Source of the DNA: Vezdaea acicularis
Taxonomy: Eukaryota
Length of the DNA stretch: 64,000 nucleotides
NCBI GenBank assembly: GCA_026025075.1
Contig: JAPEUI010000007.1
Span: 186,001-250,000 of the forward strand
Reading direction: 5' to 3'
The translations under genes and the position numbers were made by a program. This document shows, in pieces, positions 1 through 15,300 of the stretch. The notes beneath the pieces are model-generated. The model had not been told where the DNA came from, ran no database searches, and worked only from the letters and a program-made list of their open reading frames with translations. Numbering within the stretch: the first letter of the stretch is position 1; each line of letters starts with the position of its first letter.

Positions 1-1859
1 CCTCCGTCATCTTCATCTTCCCCTTCTTCTTCGCTCTCTGTCCTGTCTTGGTCTGCCTCGCCATTTAATCGATTCTTCCTCTCGTCTTCCAGCTTACGGC
101 AGAGGTTTTTCAGCGTATTTACATTGGCGCTTAGCTTTTTGTTTTCCTCCTGTACTTTCCTTGTTTCTTCTTCCCGAAGCCTTGCGTCGTCGACCATGGT
201 GATGATATTCTGTTTTGTGGTGTCATACTGCCGTGTAAGCCTAAGGTTTTCTTTCTCGAGCCGCTTGGTCTTCTTAGACATCTCCTCCATCTCTCTCCGG
301 AAGGTGAGAAAGAGATCATTGGAGTTGTTAAGAGTCTCTTCAACCTGGTTGAAAATTGTTAGCACAACACTTGCTAGAGAATGTCCGAGGCAAAAGGGAG
401 AATGCAAGAGTTGCCGTAAAATACCTTAAGATCTGGTACCGAGAAAAACTTGGAGCAATGGGAGATAAAAGAGAGCTCGTCATCTCTAACCTGTTTGAAT
501 TTCTCAACGTAGATATTGAGCTGGCTTCGTAATTCTGCCTCCGTGCTTGTAAACTTGGAAACCTGATCACTGAGATTTCTGCATCTCTTCGCTTCGTGAT
601 CGGCCAGTAGCCTCTGGCGTTCATGGTTAGCAAGAGCGACTTGAACTTCGGCTTCCTTGTTACGAAGAACAGAGTGGAAATAGTGCTCCCGAAGTTCGTA
701 CTGCTCAAGGAAGGATTTAAACTTCTGCTTAAACCTATTATAGTCAGCAATTGTTACACTGGTCCTTCCTTATTATAAGCGAGGTGCACACACAGGTGGT
801 CCTGGCTTGGTAGATTGGCAGAAAGTGGCTTTTTGGTTATCATCGTATCGGTCTTATTGAGCAAAGCGGTCAATTCGAAGGATAAATTTTCCCGGTCAAT
901 CGTCTCCGAGTCATCTTGCTGTTTCTGATCATCCTAGTCAAAAGAAGATGAATTAGCGCAAATTTCTTATTACAATCAGCTACACAGAGCCACGGGCAAC
1001 GTAGAAAGGTATAACAAGAGACACTAGGGCCGGCTCTCGTGTTTGTTGCCACTTCTGAGCTGAAAAGGCTGAGCCAGAGTACGATATGGCTGTACACAGG
1101 GCTTGCGCTAGCAACAAACCTTTAATTTCTTATTTTCCTTCTGCAATTCTCGTGACAGTTTTTCGAGCTTCTCCTTGAGGGCTGTAGCTTTAGATAGTTC
1201 GGACCTTTGCTGGTCTTTCTCCTTTTGCATTTGATCTGCACGCTTTTTGCTCTTCGCTTGGTCTCTTTTCAACTTCTCCATATCCCAAAGGAGGTCGGTA
1301 TATTTTTTCTGGACAGCATCGAGCTGAGATAAGGGAGATTCGATCTTGGATAAAAGGTTTGACAGGTCTCTATTTGCCCTTTTGACTTCGCGATCTGCAT
1401 TATCGAAACCACAAAGGAAGGTTGTCAGCATATGATAATCTGTAGAACCATCCTCGCATTGTCAAGAAAATACACAGGCATTGTTCTTCTCTAACTGTTC
1501 ATGAAATACAGGGAATGCCTTCATCAAATGTGAATTCCATGTAGCCCTCAGTCATTGTAGATAGTCCCCCCGATTTCTTCAAATTGCACGGGCTCAGAAG
1601 AGGAAATGTTCATATACCCACCAATCTCGGCCTCCTGATCTTTCTCTCCCGCCTTGTCTAACTCCAATTGAGATATCTTCGCGGCTAGTAGCTTCGACGT
1701 TTCAGACGCATCGGGAGTCTTCTTTCCTTTTGGTTTCTTTGGTAATGTCCCTAGAGATGGTCGCGTGAGATTCGAGTTCATTTTAGGAGAGAGCAGGTAT
1801 TTTTGCGCGTGGATACTTGCAGCACTGAGCGTTCTATGGAATAGCTTACCGGTACTCAT
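1..1859 (-). CDS. Taxilin-family coiled-coil protein, multi-exon, 3' end runs off the window start
   Basis: Spliced exons read KKPKGKKTPDASETSKLLAAKISQLE / DREVKRANRDL...LEKLSRELQKENKKLK / FKSFLEQYELREHYF...ELRSQLNIYVEKFKQ / VEETLNNSNDLFLTFRREMEEMSKKTKRLEKEN, the conserved taxilin signature. GT-AG introns; the start exon ATGAGTACCG|gtaagc is tentative. Confidence 0.88.
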
Positions 1860-2468
1860 GATAAGGAATGGACAAGGGCGGAGCTACACTTGCTCCAGAC
1901 CCTTCTAGTTCAGTAGTTCGAAAACGCGACTATCGTTGAAAGTTCAGTCGAACAGAACATAGGTATCGAGCAGTGGCGCTATTACTAGAATTGGTAGGTG
2001 AAATGCACTCTGCAGAGATTTAAGAGCTGCTGTTTAAACAACTCGAAAGGTATTTGTGAAAATGAGTGTGGGTATAGTGGAGTTGTGTATCTAGTACGTC
2101 AGGTGCTCGGGATTGTTCTCGTCTGCCGAGGCCTCTCCAGGGTTTGAAGCGGCGCTGCGGCTACACTGAGGATCCGAAGAGCCAGAATTTGGTAACAAAC
2201 TAGAGCCTGTCTATCAACCCTACACTTTTCTAGTATACGTTATGGCTGTCATGGAGGGTAATACTAGGAAAGAACGCTAACTGTTCTGGAGATGCGCTTC
2301 TTGAGAGATCAGTCAGCACAGGAAAATAATTTCAAGCAAGCGAGACAGCTCTTTCGCATTCCTCGTCTCAGGACATTTCATATACGTATGGTAGCGATTT
2401 TCTCCCCTGGGAGATATGAATATCTTTCTTTCAAGAGCCCGAGTGTCAAGGGCTGAGCTCCTGGCAAA

Positions 2469-5400
2469 ATGATCCGTATCTCAACTAGAAGTGGCAGGGG
2501 TATCTGTCATACCCCAAGGACGGCCCGGCTCTCAACTGCCATCTCCTTAGAACCTAAGGTGGGAGATCATGAACATGGCTTCGTCCTAGAGCGCACAAAG
2601 CATGTCCCTGAGCTCGAACTCACAGCTTTCGATCTGCGGCACATCAAGACTGGCGCGGAGTACCTTCATGTTGCCCGGAATGACAAGAACAATGTCTTTT
2701 CAATTGGCTTCAAGACCAACCCTCCCGACGACACTGGCGTGCCCCATATACTTGAACATGTCACTCTATGTGGAAGCAAACGGCATGTATTGGTATCGAC
2801 TTAAATTTCTCCTTCTAATGTACTAAATCGTCTCAGGTATCCGATCAGGGACCCTTTCTTTAAGATGCTTCCTCGATCACTGTCCAACTTCATGAATGCT
2901 TACACTTCATCTGATCATACGACATATCCTTTTGCAACTACCAATCCACAAGACTTCAAAAATCTTATGTCAGTTTATCTAGATGCGACCTTAAATCCTC
3001 TGCTAAATGCGGACGATTATGCCCAGGAAGGCTGGCGTATAGGCCCAGAAAATCCTCTCGCTAGCAACGGCGAAAGTCCCGGACCTGACACAGAAAGCAA
3101 GTTAATTTTCAAAGGGGTTGTATACAACGAGATGAAAGGGATGATGTCTGATGCTAGCTATCTTTTCTATATAAGATTCCAAGATCACTTCTTCCCCTCA
3201 ATCAATAATTCGGGCGGGGATCCACAAAAGATGACAGAGTTGACACATGATCAGCTTCAGCGGTTTCACACCAATCATTACCACCCAAGCAATGCCAAAA
3301 TCTTCACTTACGGAGACATGTCATTGCTGGAACATCTTCAAGAGCTCGACAGGAGGTTAGGTACATTCACCCGCAACCGCCGTGCCATGGACTTCAAAGT
3401 ACCTATTCGACTTGACGATGGGCCAATCAATGTCGCGGTCAAGGGTCCGGTGGACCCTTTAATGGACAAGGATATGCAATATAAGACATCGATATCATGG
3501 TTAACAGGGGAGACTTCTAATGTTTTGGAGACGTTCTCCATTGGCATTATTTCAACTTTGCTGAGAGATGGTTATGGCTCTCCTTTCTATCGGAATCTAA
3601 TTGAGAGTGGCCTAGGAACCGATTACAGTGCAAATTCAGGGCTAGACACTGGTGCCAAGATTGGAATATTTACCATCGGACTCAACGGTGTCAAGAAAGC
3701 TGATGTCCCCAAAGTAAAAGAAGCCATCGTCAAAACTCTTGAAGAAGTCAGGAGTAACGGCTTTGAAAGAAACAAGATTGATGGGCTTTTGCATCAGCTG
3801 GAGTTAAGTCTAAAGCACAAAACCGCACAATTTGGGCTTGGCTTGATGCAGAGGCTCAGCCCTGGCTGGTTCAATGGTGTCGACCCATTTGATGAACTGG
3901 AGTGGGACAAGACAGTTTCTGCATTTAAAGCGAAAATATACGACGGCCGATACCTAGAAACTCTTATGGAGAAGTACCTAATGAACGAAAAGAACTTTAC
4001 GTTCACAATGGAACCTTACGGAGCATATGAGGACGATGTCGCTGTTGAGGAGGCGACAAGGTTACAGAAAAAGCTTGAGGAACTAGAACAGAGTTCAGGT
4101 GGGAAAGCCGAATCTCGCACTCAACTAGAGAAGAAAGAGTTAGAGTTATTGGAAGTTCAAGAGAAAGCACGAGATCAAGACCTCAGCTGTCTTCCCACGC
4201 TTCACGTCAAGGATATCGAAAGAATAGGAGACAATCCAGACCTAAGACATTCTTACGTCGAGGATTTCCCTGTTCAGTGGAGAGAAGCGCCAACAAACGG
4301 TCTCACATACTTCCGCGCCATCAATGACTTGGCCAAACTGCCTACGGAACTCAGGTCCTATGTCCCACTCTTTACTGATGCTATCATGCGTCTTGGAACT
4401 CGAGACCTGACAATGGAACAGCTTGAAAACGAGATCAGGTTAAAGACAGGTGGCATCAATGTTGGCTACCACACATCCACATCACCACTAGATATCGGCC
4501 AATGCAGGGAAGGATTCACATTTTCGGGCTACGCACTCGATGAGAACGTCCCAGCGATATACACCCTCATTCAGAAGGTTGTATTAGAAACAGATTTCGA
4601 TAGCCCAGAAGCCGCGAGCAAGATTCGCGAATTGCTGCAAAGCGTATCTTCTGGGGCACTCAGCTCAATCGCCGAATCCGGACACAGCTACGCCCGCCGC
4701 TTCGCGGCCGCTGAACTTTCTCCCGAGGGTCGCCTCTCAGAACAGCTCGATGGCCTCTCTTCAATTGACTTCACCGCAAAACTCGCAGCCCGTCATTCTA
4801 CCGACACGCTCGAAGACATCATTGCCAAACTCAAGGATATTCAACAAGTGGCTCTTACCAAGGATTGTAATTTCCGAGTTGCCCTTACGTGCAGCCCTGA
4901 GAGTGTAAGGACCAACGAGAGTCATCTCTCAAGATTTCTCTCCTCTCTCCCACCCACCACAGACACCCCTAGTTTCAGAGTTGACACTCCTGCACCACCT
5001 TCTGCCCGCACTTCTAAATCATTTTTTCCTCTTCCCTACCAAGTCTACTACACCGCCCAAGTCTTCCCCACGGTACCATATACGCACCCGTTCAGCGGCC
5101 CCCTTGGCATACTTGCCAAGCTTCTCACTCATAAACACCTACACCACGAGATCCGCGAAAAGGGCGGTGCATACGGCGGAGGTGCTTCGGCTGCTCCTCT
5201 GGGCGGCACCTTTGCGCTTTCTAGTTACCGAGACCCGAACCCGCTCAACACTCTCAAAATTATGCATGAAGCTGGAGAATGGGCACGTGACCGAGCTTGG
5301 ACAGAGCGAGATCTTGAAGAAGCAAAATTGAGTGAGTTTCAGAATGTGGATGCTCCGAGGGCAGTAAGTTCGGAAGGGATGGGGCAGTTTTTGCTAGGGG

Positions 5401-5630
5401 TCGATCACAACATGAGACAGGAGAGGAGGGAGAGGTTACTGGATTGTACAGCGAAGGATATTAAAGAAGTAGCTGATAAGTATCTTGTTCAAAGGACGGA
5501 AAGGGCGGCTCTGTGTGTTCTGGGCGAGAAGAAGGAATGGGTAGGGAGTGATTGGGAAGTAAGAAGTATGGGTGTTATGAGCGAGGCGGTGAAAGCTCAG
5601 GCTGACGACAAATTGGAGGCCACCGCCTGA
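2469..5630 (+). CDS. CYM1: Mitochondrial presequence protease (PreP/pitrilysin, peptidase M16C)
   Basis: HxxEH motif ([14 protein letters not shown]), [40 protein letters not shown]. One GC-AG intron at 2783-2836. Start codon uncertain. Confidence 0.95.
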
Positions 5631-6139
5631 CCTGTAAAATAGAAGGCCCCGCCCGCTGTGTCGACTGTATATATGTATGTATACTTCACTCTAAATATCC
5701 TTATAACTTTAGGCCCTACACGGCATACTGCGATTTCGAACAATGCGCTGCAAAGAACAGAATCAGACGTCTCCAGCATATACGCCTCCGTGGCTGGGAG
5801 ATCACAAGTCGTGTACAAAAGTACGAGCGCAAGATCAACGACCTTTCTCTATAGTCGCTCGAGAACCCGCTCCGCGCGAGATCGTGGTTCGAGGGTTGCG
5901 GTTGAGAAAGCTCCGTTCTTTTCAGACCTGCCTGCTGGAGAGCAATTCGCAGACGGACTAAGGACGAGAGGACATGTCTAATCAAGCCAAGATGATCATG
6001 TATTCTTTGCATTACTAGGTAAGATTAAGGGCTCGTTCAGTGACATCGCTACCACCAGCCGATCTAGGGACGAACAGTTGCATTTTTGTGCATAATTCAC
6101 TCAATTCGTGTACAAACATCGCCGCCGCTTCGATTCCTC

Positions 6140-7870
<1,731 letters not shown>

Positions 7871-8009
7871 GACGAGTTCCAAGTGATGCGCAAAAAAAAA
7901 GAATGAGCAAGCTGTTCGAGTGGTTGTGGCAAGCTGTCTTCACTTGTTGAGATCCTGGAATGGGCTTTCACGAAAGGGATCCGCGATGAAATTATTTCGC
8001 GAGGATCTG

Positions 8010-8091
8010 ATTGGACGATGGCTTGTCGAACGATTCTTGGGTTGCCGTCGGCAGTCAGGGAACCCGAACGCCAGGAACGAGATCAGCCCAC
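8010..8091. promoter_or_regulatory. Putative CYP51 promoter module: CCAAT box, AtrR-type CGG-N12-CCG element, SREBP/SRE-like site
   Basis: ATTGG (CCAAT on minus) at 8010-8014, CGG-CAGTCAGGGAAC-CCG at 8049-8066 and ATCAGCCCAC at 8082-8091, all within ~220 bp upstream of the CYP51 ATG. The arrangement resembles the Aspergillus cyp51A promoter. Motif match only. Confidence 0.5.
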
Positions 8092-8737
8092 GCGAAGCGA
8101 GATGTTCGACTCTTAACGGCATTAGCGCCGTTCGCTTACCTTTATAGTTTAGGGACATGACCGTTCCGTTGTTCCTGTTCGATCTGACGATGAAGCCTCT
8201 ATAACAATAGAAAAATAAAGGTCTTTTGGAAGCCTTAAACAGTCGCGTGTGCTTCTAGATGCTTCTGATACAGACTGCGCCACACCACTTTAGGCGAATG
8301 GCGTCATCAAAATCTCCCATGGTCATTTCTTTGGCTTCAAAATTTGCATCATGCTTCACCTCACCTCAATATCCCAAGTCTTAGGGTTGCTTATCAATTT
8401 CTTTTCCGTCAGAACGAGCAACTCAAGTACGCAATCAAGTGAGTGGTAATAATAGTTTTCTCCGTTCTGAAGCTCAATCTGACAGGCGGCAGTCTCACCG
8501 CTGAAGAGAAGCATAGACTGAAAGATGGCTCCACAAGAGAAGTGTGGTCGATGTACAACACGAGGGCTTCATTGTCAGATTCCGGAAGGCCAATCTGCAT
8601 GTTTGGGTTGTGGAGCGGCCCATGTTACATGTTCACCTGTTGAAGTAAGTTTTGAAGATTCGCATTGGCTATAGAAATGCTCTATTAACCATTGGAAAAA
8701 GCTTGAGCCATTCCGGAATGCTCAGCGCATTATCAGC

Positions 8738-9113
8738 ATGAGCTCATCACCCGATCTTAACATCAACCCCGCCTCCATGGTTCCCGTCAACACCCCCGCT
8801 ACCATTCCTGCATTAGCCATGTCACCAGACAACGCGTAAGTAATGAAGTTCCCCAAATGTTCTGAACAAAGATCCATTTAACAAAGCTCTCAGTAGACCC
8901 AACCCTATAATTGCCCAACTCTTCGGACCTCCCCATGAACCAGAAGCAATAGCGCAGCGAAGTGAAGTAGATGCGCTCGCTAGGCGTGTGGCCGAGCTCG
9001 AGCGGGTGAATGCCAGGCTTCAGGAACAGAATGCGGAGTTAAGAGACGCTGTCGTGGAGCTAGGAGAAGCTGTCATAAAGCTCCAGCGCTGGGGTGCCGC
9101 CTTCCCACGGTAG
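8738..9113 (+). CDS. Small two-exon leucine-zipper protein (105 aa), absent from the ORF track
   Basis: ATG 8738, donor GC|GTAAGT at 8836, acceptor CAG at 8893, stop TAG 9111-9113. The spliced frame is open: MSSSPDLNINPASMVPVNTPATIPALAMSPDNARPNPIIAQLFGPPHEPEAIAQRSEVDALARRVAELERVNARLQEQNAELRDAVVELGEAVIKLQRWGAAFPR, with six Leu in heptad register. Confidence 0.65.
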
Positions 9114-9170
9114 ACACACTTTCTCTTAAGGTTAGCATTTGCCCGCACGAGTTGCTTCTGATCGTCATGG

Positions 9171-9246
9171 GAGTCATCTCAGAACGTGGGGGCTTCCCCG
9201 TTACATGCGAGTCATCTCAAAACGTGGGAGCTTCCTCGTTATATGG
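9171..9246. repeat. Tandem duplication, 2 x 38 bp
   Basis: GAGTCATCTCAGAACGTGGGGGCTTCCCCGTTACATGC / GAGTCATCTCAAAACGTGGGAGCTTCCTCGTTATATGG; differences are mostly transitions. Confidence 0.85.
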
Positions 9247-11170
9247 ATAGACCTTGACTTTATGGAAGGTGCTCCGACTTGTGGAAGATCTTCAATTATT
9301 TGAAGAGGCGCTGATGACTTTGGTAAGACATTTCGCGAAAGGTCTCCCGTTACTTTTGGCTTACGTCTATTAGATTTAATGGGGGAAAAAGCTGAGGTAA
9401 TCAGACTGGATCAGTCGCGTTGTTCTCTCCAACTCTTGTATTCCCATGTCATGGCTTGTTATGTGATTCCCTATCGTGATTTCATCTCGCGACATTGCGC
9501 ATCTGGTCAAAGAGACCAAAGTATCCCACAATAGCTCCCATGAATCCGACGAGTCAACTGACCGGTACCTTCAATAGTAATGCAGTCCGCCGAACATCGT
9601 CATTTTTAGTGAACAGTTTTGGGAATGTGGCGAAGAGCTCAGCACGAAGCTTCTGGGAAATTTCATGGAACTTTTCAACACCTTCTTAGTTGACGTTCAC
9701 GTAAGCTAGGCATCCCGACTCGAGAGACCAACACATGGCCATGTGGCATTCCCTAGGGATTCTCGACTTAGAATCAGTCTTACCGCGGCCTCTAACAATT
9801 CTTGATAACTCATGCGGCTCTTTGCGAAGTCTTCTCTTGTGACATAGGGGTCACCACATTTCGTCACGATCAAGTTTTACACAAGCACTTGATATGCTAA
9901 TGGCATCCACGATGCACAAAGCCGGAATTTGTTTGAAACTAGGCCTTGACGTAACTACACATTGATTAATGATATCAACGCTCCTGTGAATTTCTCTAGC
10001 AATGTGGCAACTTGACTCTGACTGGATCATGAAAGTCATGTCGTCAATGTCTCTCCACCTCCGCTATGTCTAGCCTTTTAGTGGCAATACTAAAAGTCTC
10101 ATTCTTCGGAATGTACCTGAGCTATGCTTGCATAGCTTGATCTTTGGTGCTAACCACGACCGCCCCGATTGGTGATGAATCGCGTGGTAGAACCGACACA
10201 GCGATATTAATTCAGGTCGCAGTTATGCTCTCCTGCGAGAACATTATGTTCGTCTCTTTGCAATATTCTGTTCCAAGTGTCATGTAAGCGTCAGAAAATC
10301 ATCATTTCTGTCGCATTGCGGCTCGGATCGGCGGCTGAGCGATCCGGTACGATCGGGAGTGTGATCCATCTGCATTAGTGCTGTTTGCTTCAACCTGGTA
10401 CAAATGCAGAATAGCTCCATCCCGCCCCCAATGGATTCCAATTTTATACGTCAGAGCTTGGCAATTAGTCGGACTTCACTCCTGGAAATACCAAGCATAG
10501 AATTGTTACACCTAGGACGTGTTACGCTCTCATGTGTTTCGCCGCGATCCATGTTATTCCTTGCGCGTTTCATCTTCTTTAAACAAGCTTTAATATCATC
10601 TCATAGCTATGATATTCCGAATACAACAACCTGGCATGGCACTAATATGGCGGGAATGTGACGACTCACCTCAGCTACAGCGGCTAATCCCAATGTGACC
10701 GGACGGACTTCCGAACTTGTCACATCCTCCCACTGCGAAGAAGGCTGAAAATCATCACGAACACCGGCTATTTCTTGAAACATCTTGCATCACCGATGAA
10801 TCATCAGTGGTGGGATCAACCTCAATGCCTTTACAGGAGCTCACCGTCTTTCAATACATCATAACGATGTCAGATCCCGACTCCTCGTTCATGGCAAACC
10901 TGCGATCTGCCGCGAGTGCAGGGACGTATGAGCTCATAAAGGGGCTCTAAGAGCGGGGAATCTACGTCAGTAGGTACAATCAATACTTTCGTCATCAAGA
11001 CAAGGCCTATAGTCTGAACAGGTCCTCGCTCTATAAGAAGAGTCTTCTATCCCGTCGAACTTTTTTTTTTCAATTTGACCACAATTTCAACAACAATATC
11101 ACGCTTTCACAATTATTACAACGTCTTAAATACGATCAATTCATCCACTTCTCCCACACCATTACTCATC

Positions 11171-11532
11171 ATGACTGAAGGAAACATCGCCGGAGGTCAC
11201 AAAGCTACCATCAACAATCCAAGTGCGTACCCTATCCATAGCCCTTGTATCAAGCAATTCATTAACAATTCCCTTTCCACAGAGGTCTCCGAGGAGGCGA
11301 AGCAACACTCCAGAGAAGTTCTCGAGAACGAGAACTTTGAGTACCAGACCGGTGATAAAGGGGACAAGAACCCTAACAACGTAGCTGGTGGTCTCAAGGC
11401 GTGAGGAATATCTCTCGCATCGCTACTAAGGTCAGGCTAACTTGGTATTGCAGCACGGTCAAGAACCCTCGTGTCTCCGACGAGGCGAAGCAGAATGCAC
11501 AAGAGAGACTCAACGAGATGGAATCATCTTAG
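11171..11532 (+). CDS. con-6: Conidiation protein Con-6 family (small hydrophilic protein)
   Basis: Three exons (11171-11222, 11283-11400, 11454-11532) give MTEGNIAGGHKATINNPKVSEEAKQHSREVL...KNPNNVAGGLKATVKNPRVSDEAKQNAQERLNEMESS, two Con-6 repeats. TATA-like TATAAG near 11032. Confidence 0.92.
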
Positions 11533-12397
11533 GTTGGGTTTAAATCATTTCTGATTGAGGGAAGAGGTCTCATATGATTTGGATCTCATGTCTACATTCA
11601 TGTATTGTGGAGATAGCTCGGATTGGTCTCCCTCTTAGTGTAAATCAAGTCAATCGTTTGGTCATTAGTAATGTAACAATACAATATACATCAAAGGCCT
11701 CTTTTCTTATGTGGAATAGAGCTTTTGTCATGTGTACCTCAACTAGTGATTTGCATGAATCCGTTAACGATTCGCTCACACCGCATTGCTCGTTATTCGA
11801 GATGGATTGATTTGTTACCGAATCTCCTACTTCTAATCGCAGTACTGCTAGAATAACCGCATAGTGAAGTGCGCCCTCCAAATGGTATGGATAGTTGAGC
11901 AGTCATTTTATAGATGACGACTTGGGCTTCTAATTGTCTGCACTGCGTGATCAGAGAGGGCAAGTGCTTCCGTTGTGCAAAGCGCTTACAATTTGTAAAG
12001 AAACAATGACTAGAGCTGCATGATCAAATCTGAGGCAATCGACAAATTAAGGATAGTGGTCAGGTATCCTTTGTCGAATCAGAAATGATCAATACTTCTC
12101 TGATTTGATTCACTGGGTTCGAAGGTGCATGCGGAACCCTGTGATCCTCGTTTACATCTCGGTCTTCGGGTTTTACGGAGATCCGATCTTACATTGATAT
12201 GATGAGACTGGTAGCGGACAAACAAATTTTGAATGCGTAAGAGCACAAGATAAGGACTTTATCTATTTATCTATACCTTAAATAGCACCCGTCTATAGAC
12301 TTCTATTAATCCCCCCCTTAAGGTCCCCGATTACAAAAAACGTCATTAGCAGCCCCGCTCGCTCCAAAGGGCAAAATCCCCCACATTAAGTTTTCAC

Positions 12398-15300
12398 CTA
12401 GGCTTGCACGCCCTCATTCTTCTCCCTCGCCACCTTCTTTTGCTTCTTCTCTTTCCCATTAAACAACCTCGCGACCGTTTTCCAACCGCCGAGCCATAAC
12501 CAAGACGCAAAAAAGACGACAAAGAAATTGAAGCCGATATAGGCCCAGAAGACGCCGAAGTTCATCCACTTCTCATGATAGAAGACGTTGAATCCGGCCG
12601 CGAACTGATCGCCCGATGCGTATTGGCAGAACTCGCACAGACCGTCCGAGCCCGTCTGGACGTAGCCGCCGACCTGCTTGACGAAGGCCTCGGTGTAGTT
12701 TTCACAGCTTTGGCCTGAGGGCGGCGAAAAGCGCGCGAACTCGACTGGGTCGCACTTGACAGGCACGTTGTGCAGTATCACCCCGAGGAAGCCGGAGAGC
12801 AGGTAGCGGAAGGGGGTGACATAGTACATCCAGCTCCTCCAGAAGTAGGGTAGGCCAGCAAAAGGGACGACCACACCGCAGAAGGAGACGACGAAGAGGA
12901 AGAAAAGCGGAACGAGGATGGAAGCCAGCAGCTCGTTTGCAGCGAAGGAGGCGATGGCCTGCCCGAAGCCGATATAGAACAGCTCGAACAAGATGACCAT
13001 CGCGTAAGTGTAGCCGGCAGTGAAGGAGTCCTTCGGGAAGCCGACGCCCCAGTACCAACAATTGAAGTAGATGGTGCCAGCAACAATGGAGTAGGGGAGC
13101 TCGGGCAAGACTGAACCGAAGCAGAACGCCCACCAGGAGTAGATCTTCGCTTTGGCTTCGCGGCTTTCGTAGATATTGCGGAACTGCAGGAAGCGCGGTT
13201 GCAACTGTTGGATTAGCGGCGGGCAAATTGTCAGTGTCATAAAAACCGAGAAGAGACGAGATTGCATGTCGATATTGGAGTTGCCAAGTTTCCAGAACGT
13301 GAAGGTGTTGAAGAGACCAGTGACGATATGGAGTACGAACTTGCCGATCATGTATTCAGGCGTCCGCCAGTAGGCGATAAAAGAACGGCGGACGACAGCG
13401 GAAATCTGCGCGCGGACTGGCATGGCGTATTCGCGGTCATCGGTCATTTCGGTCTTCTGCTCGTTGACGGCGCGCCGATCTTTGATCATTTGTTGAATCT
13501 CGGCCGTGCGCTCTTGTTTCTCCGGCGAGTTCTCCCAGACATCGCCCCAGTCTTTGCCTTTATAGTCGGGATTCCCGGCACCAATTGCGTCGAGCATATA
13601 TTCAGCAGGGTTGGCAGCAGGAGGACACTTCTTGGCGCCGTTCTTCTCGAAATATTGAATTAGCTTAGCTCCCCCACCAGTCTCGCCGTGAAAAACGATA
13701 CGACCTCCGCTCTTGAGGAGAATAAGTTCGTCGAATTCTTGGAATAAGATGGAAGAAGGTTGATGGATGGTGCAGAGAATGGCTTGGCCAGCTTCAGCTA
13801 GCTTACGAAGGAAACGCAAGATATTGAAAGCAGCCCCCGAGTCTAGACCGGATGTCGGCTCATCACAAAAGAGCAGTAAGGCTGGCTTAGCAGCAAGTTC
13901 GACTCCGATTGTGACACGCTTGCGTTGTTCTTGATTCAACCCAACACCAACCTTTCCTATCGTTGCTCCTGCAATGTTCCTCATTTCCAGTAGATCTATG
14001 ACTCTCTCGACATAGTCATACTTCTCTTGAGTTGGGGTTTCCTTAGGCTGGCGTAGTAGAGCAGAGAATTGGAGAGCTTCTCGGACTGTAGCTGTTGGCT
14101 CGTGAACATCCATCTGTTCAGCATAGCCAGTAGCACGTTGGAAAGATTTGGGAAGCGGAGCGCCATCGACAAGGAAGTCTCCACTCACAACGCCAAAAGT
14201 CTGTCGTTGAGCAAGGGTCGTCAACAAGGTCGTTTTGCCGGCCCCGGATGCTCCCATAAGCGCTGTCAGCTTGCCAGGACGTACATAACCCTGGACATCT
14301 CGAAGAAGCTGCTTTTCTCCTTTACCGATTGGGATTGTGTAGTTAACATTTTGCCAAGTGAAGATAGTATTGCTCCTTGCAATACCCTTTCCTTCACTCT
14401 CTGAAGCCGAGCTATCCTTTTCCATGTCGCTGCCGGTGACAGCTACCTCTTTGTCTGCCTTTTCTTCGTCCGTAGGAGCAGCAGCATTGGTATCGAGTGC
14501 TTTCTCGAGTTTCTTTGGGACTTGGCCACGCTTAAAGATCTAGGATGTGTTAGAAGCTTACGATGAGTGGAGTCCAAAGATGGAGACTTACGGTAATGCT
14601 TCCACCGTCTTGATTCGGCTTCTGCAGCTCCATGCCAATCATAGTGAGAAGAACGAAAAACAACCAGAACGCAACTATGATCCCAAAATTTCTCCAAAGA
14701 TGAGCTCTCGTATACGTAAAGGCTGTGAGAATATAGTCGGCTCCATTCACAACAGTCTGACCTGGCTGACTTCCTTGTAGCAGGCATGACTGATGTGCGG
14801 ATGTAATGCCTGGACCGTACGGAACTAAAGACGGAGTTACGCATTCAATCTTGAGATTATAAAACTCATTCGCCATCAATGCCTCGAAGCCATACTGCAC
14901 CGGATTAATGTAGATGAGCCACTTGAACCACGGATGCATCTTTCTTGGCGGGATTAGATAGCCAGTGTAGACGATGAGCACCTGGATAGCGACACCAGTA
15001 ATCCTTGTGGCAACATCAAGAGATGCGACATTAGATCCCACAGCCCGGAAGAATGAATACATGGACATTGTAAGGATGAAAAGGAAGAGGAAGCTAATGA
15101 AGAATTGGGAGGCCGTTCGTTGAAGATCAGACATGAAGTAGACCACGATGTTAAAAATGAAGACCTGAACGAAGACGAGAGGTACGTCCACAACAACCTG
15201 CGCAAGTGCAAAAGCTGCGGGCCGGTAGAAAGTACTAATCTTGTTAGAGTGGATTTCTGGCTGGGGTGATTGCACTTACAAACTCTTGTGTTTAAGCATT

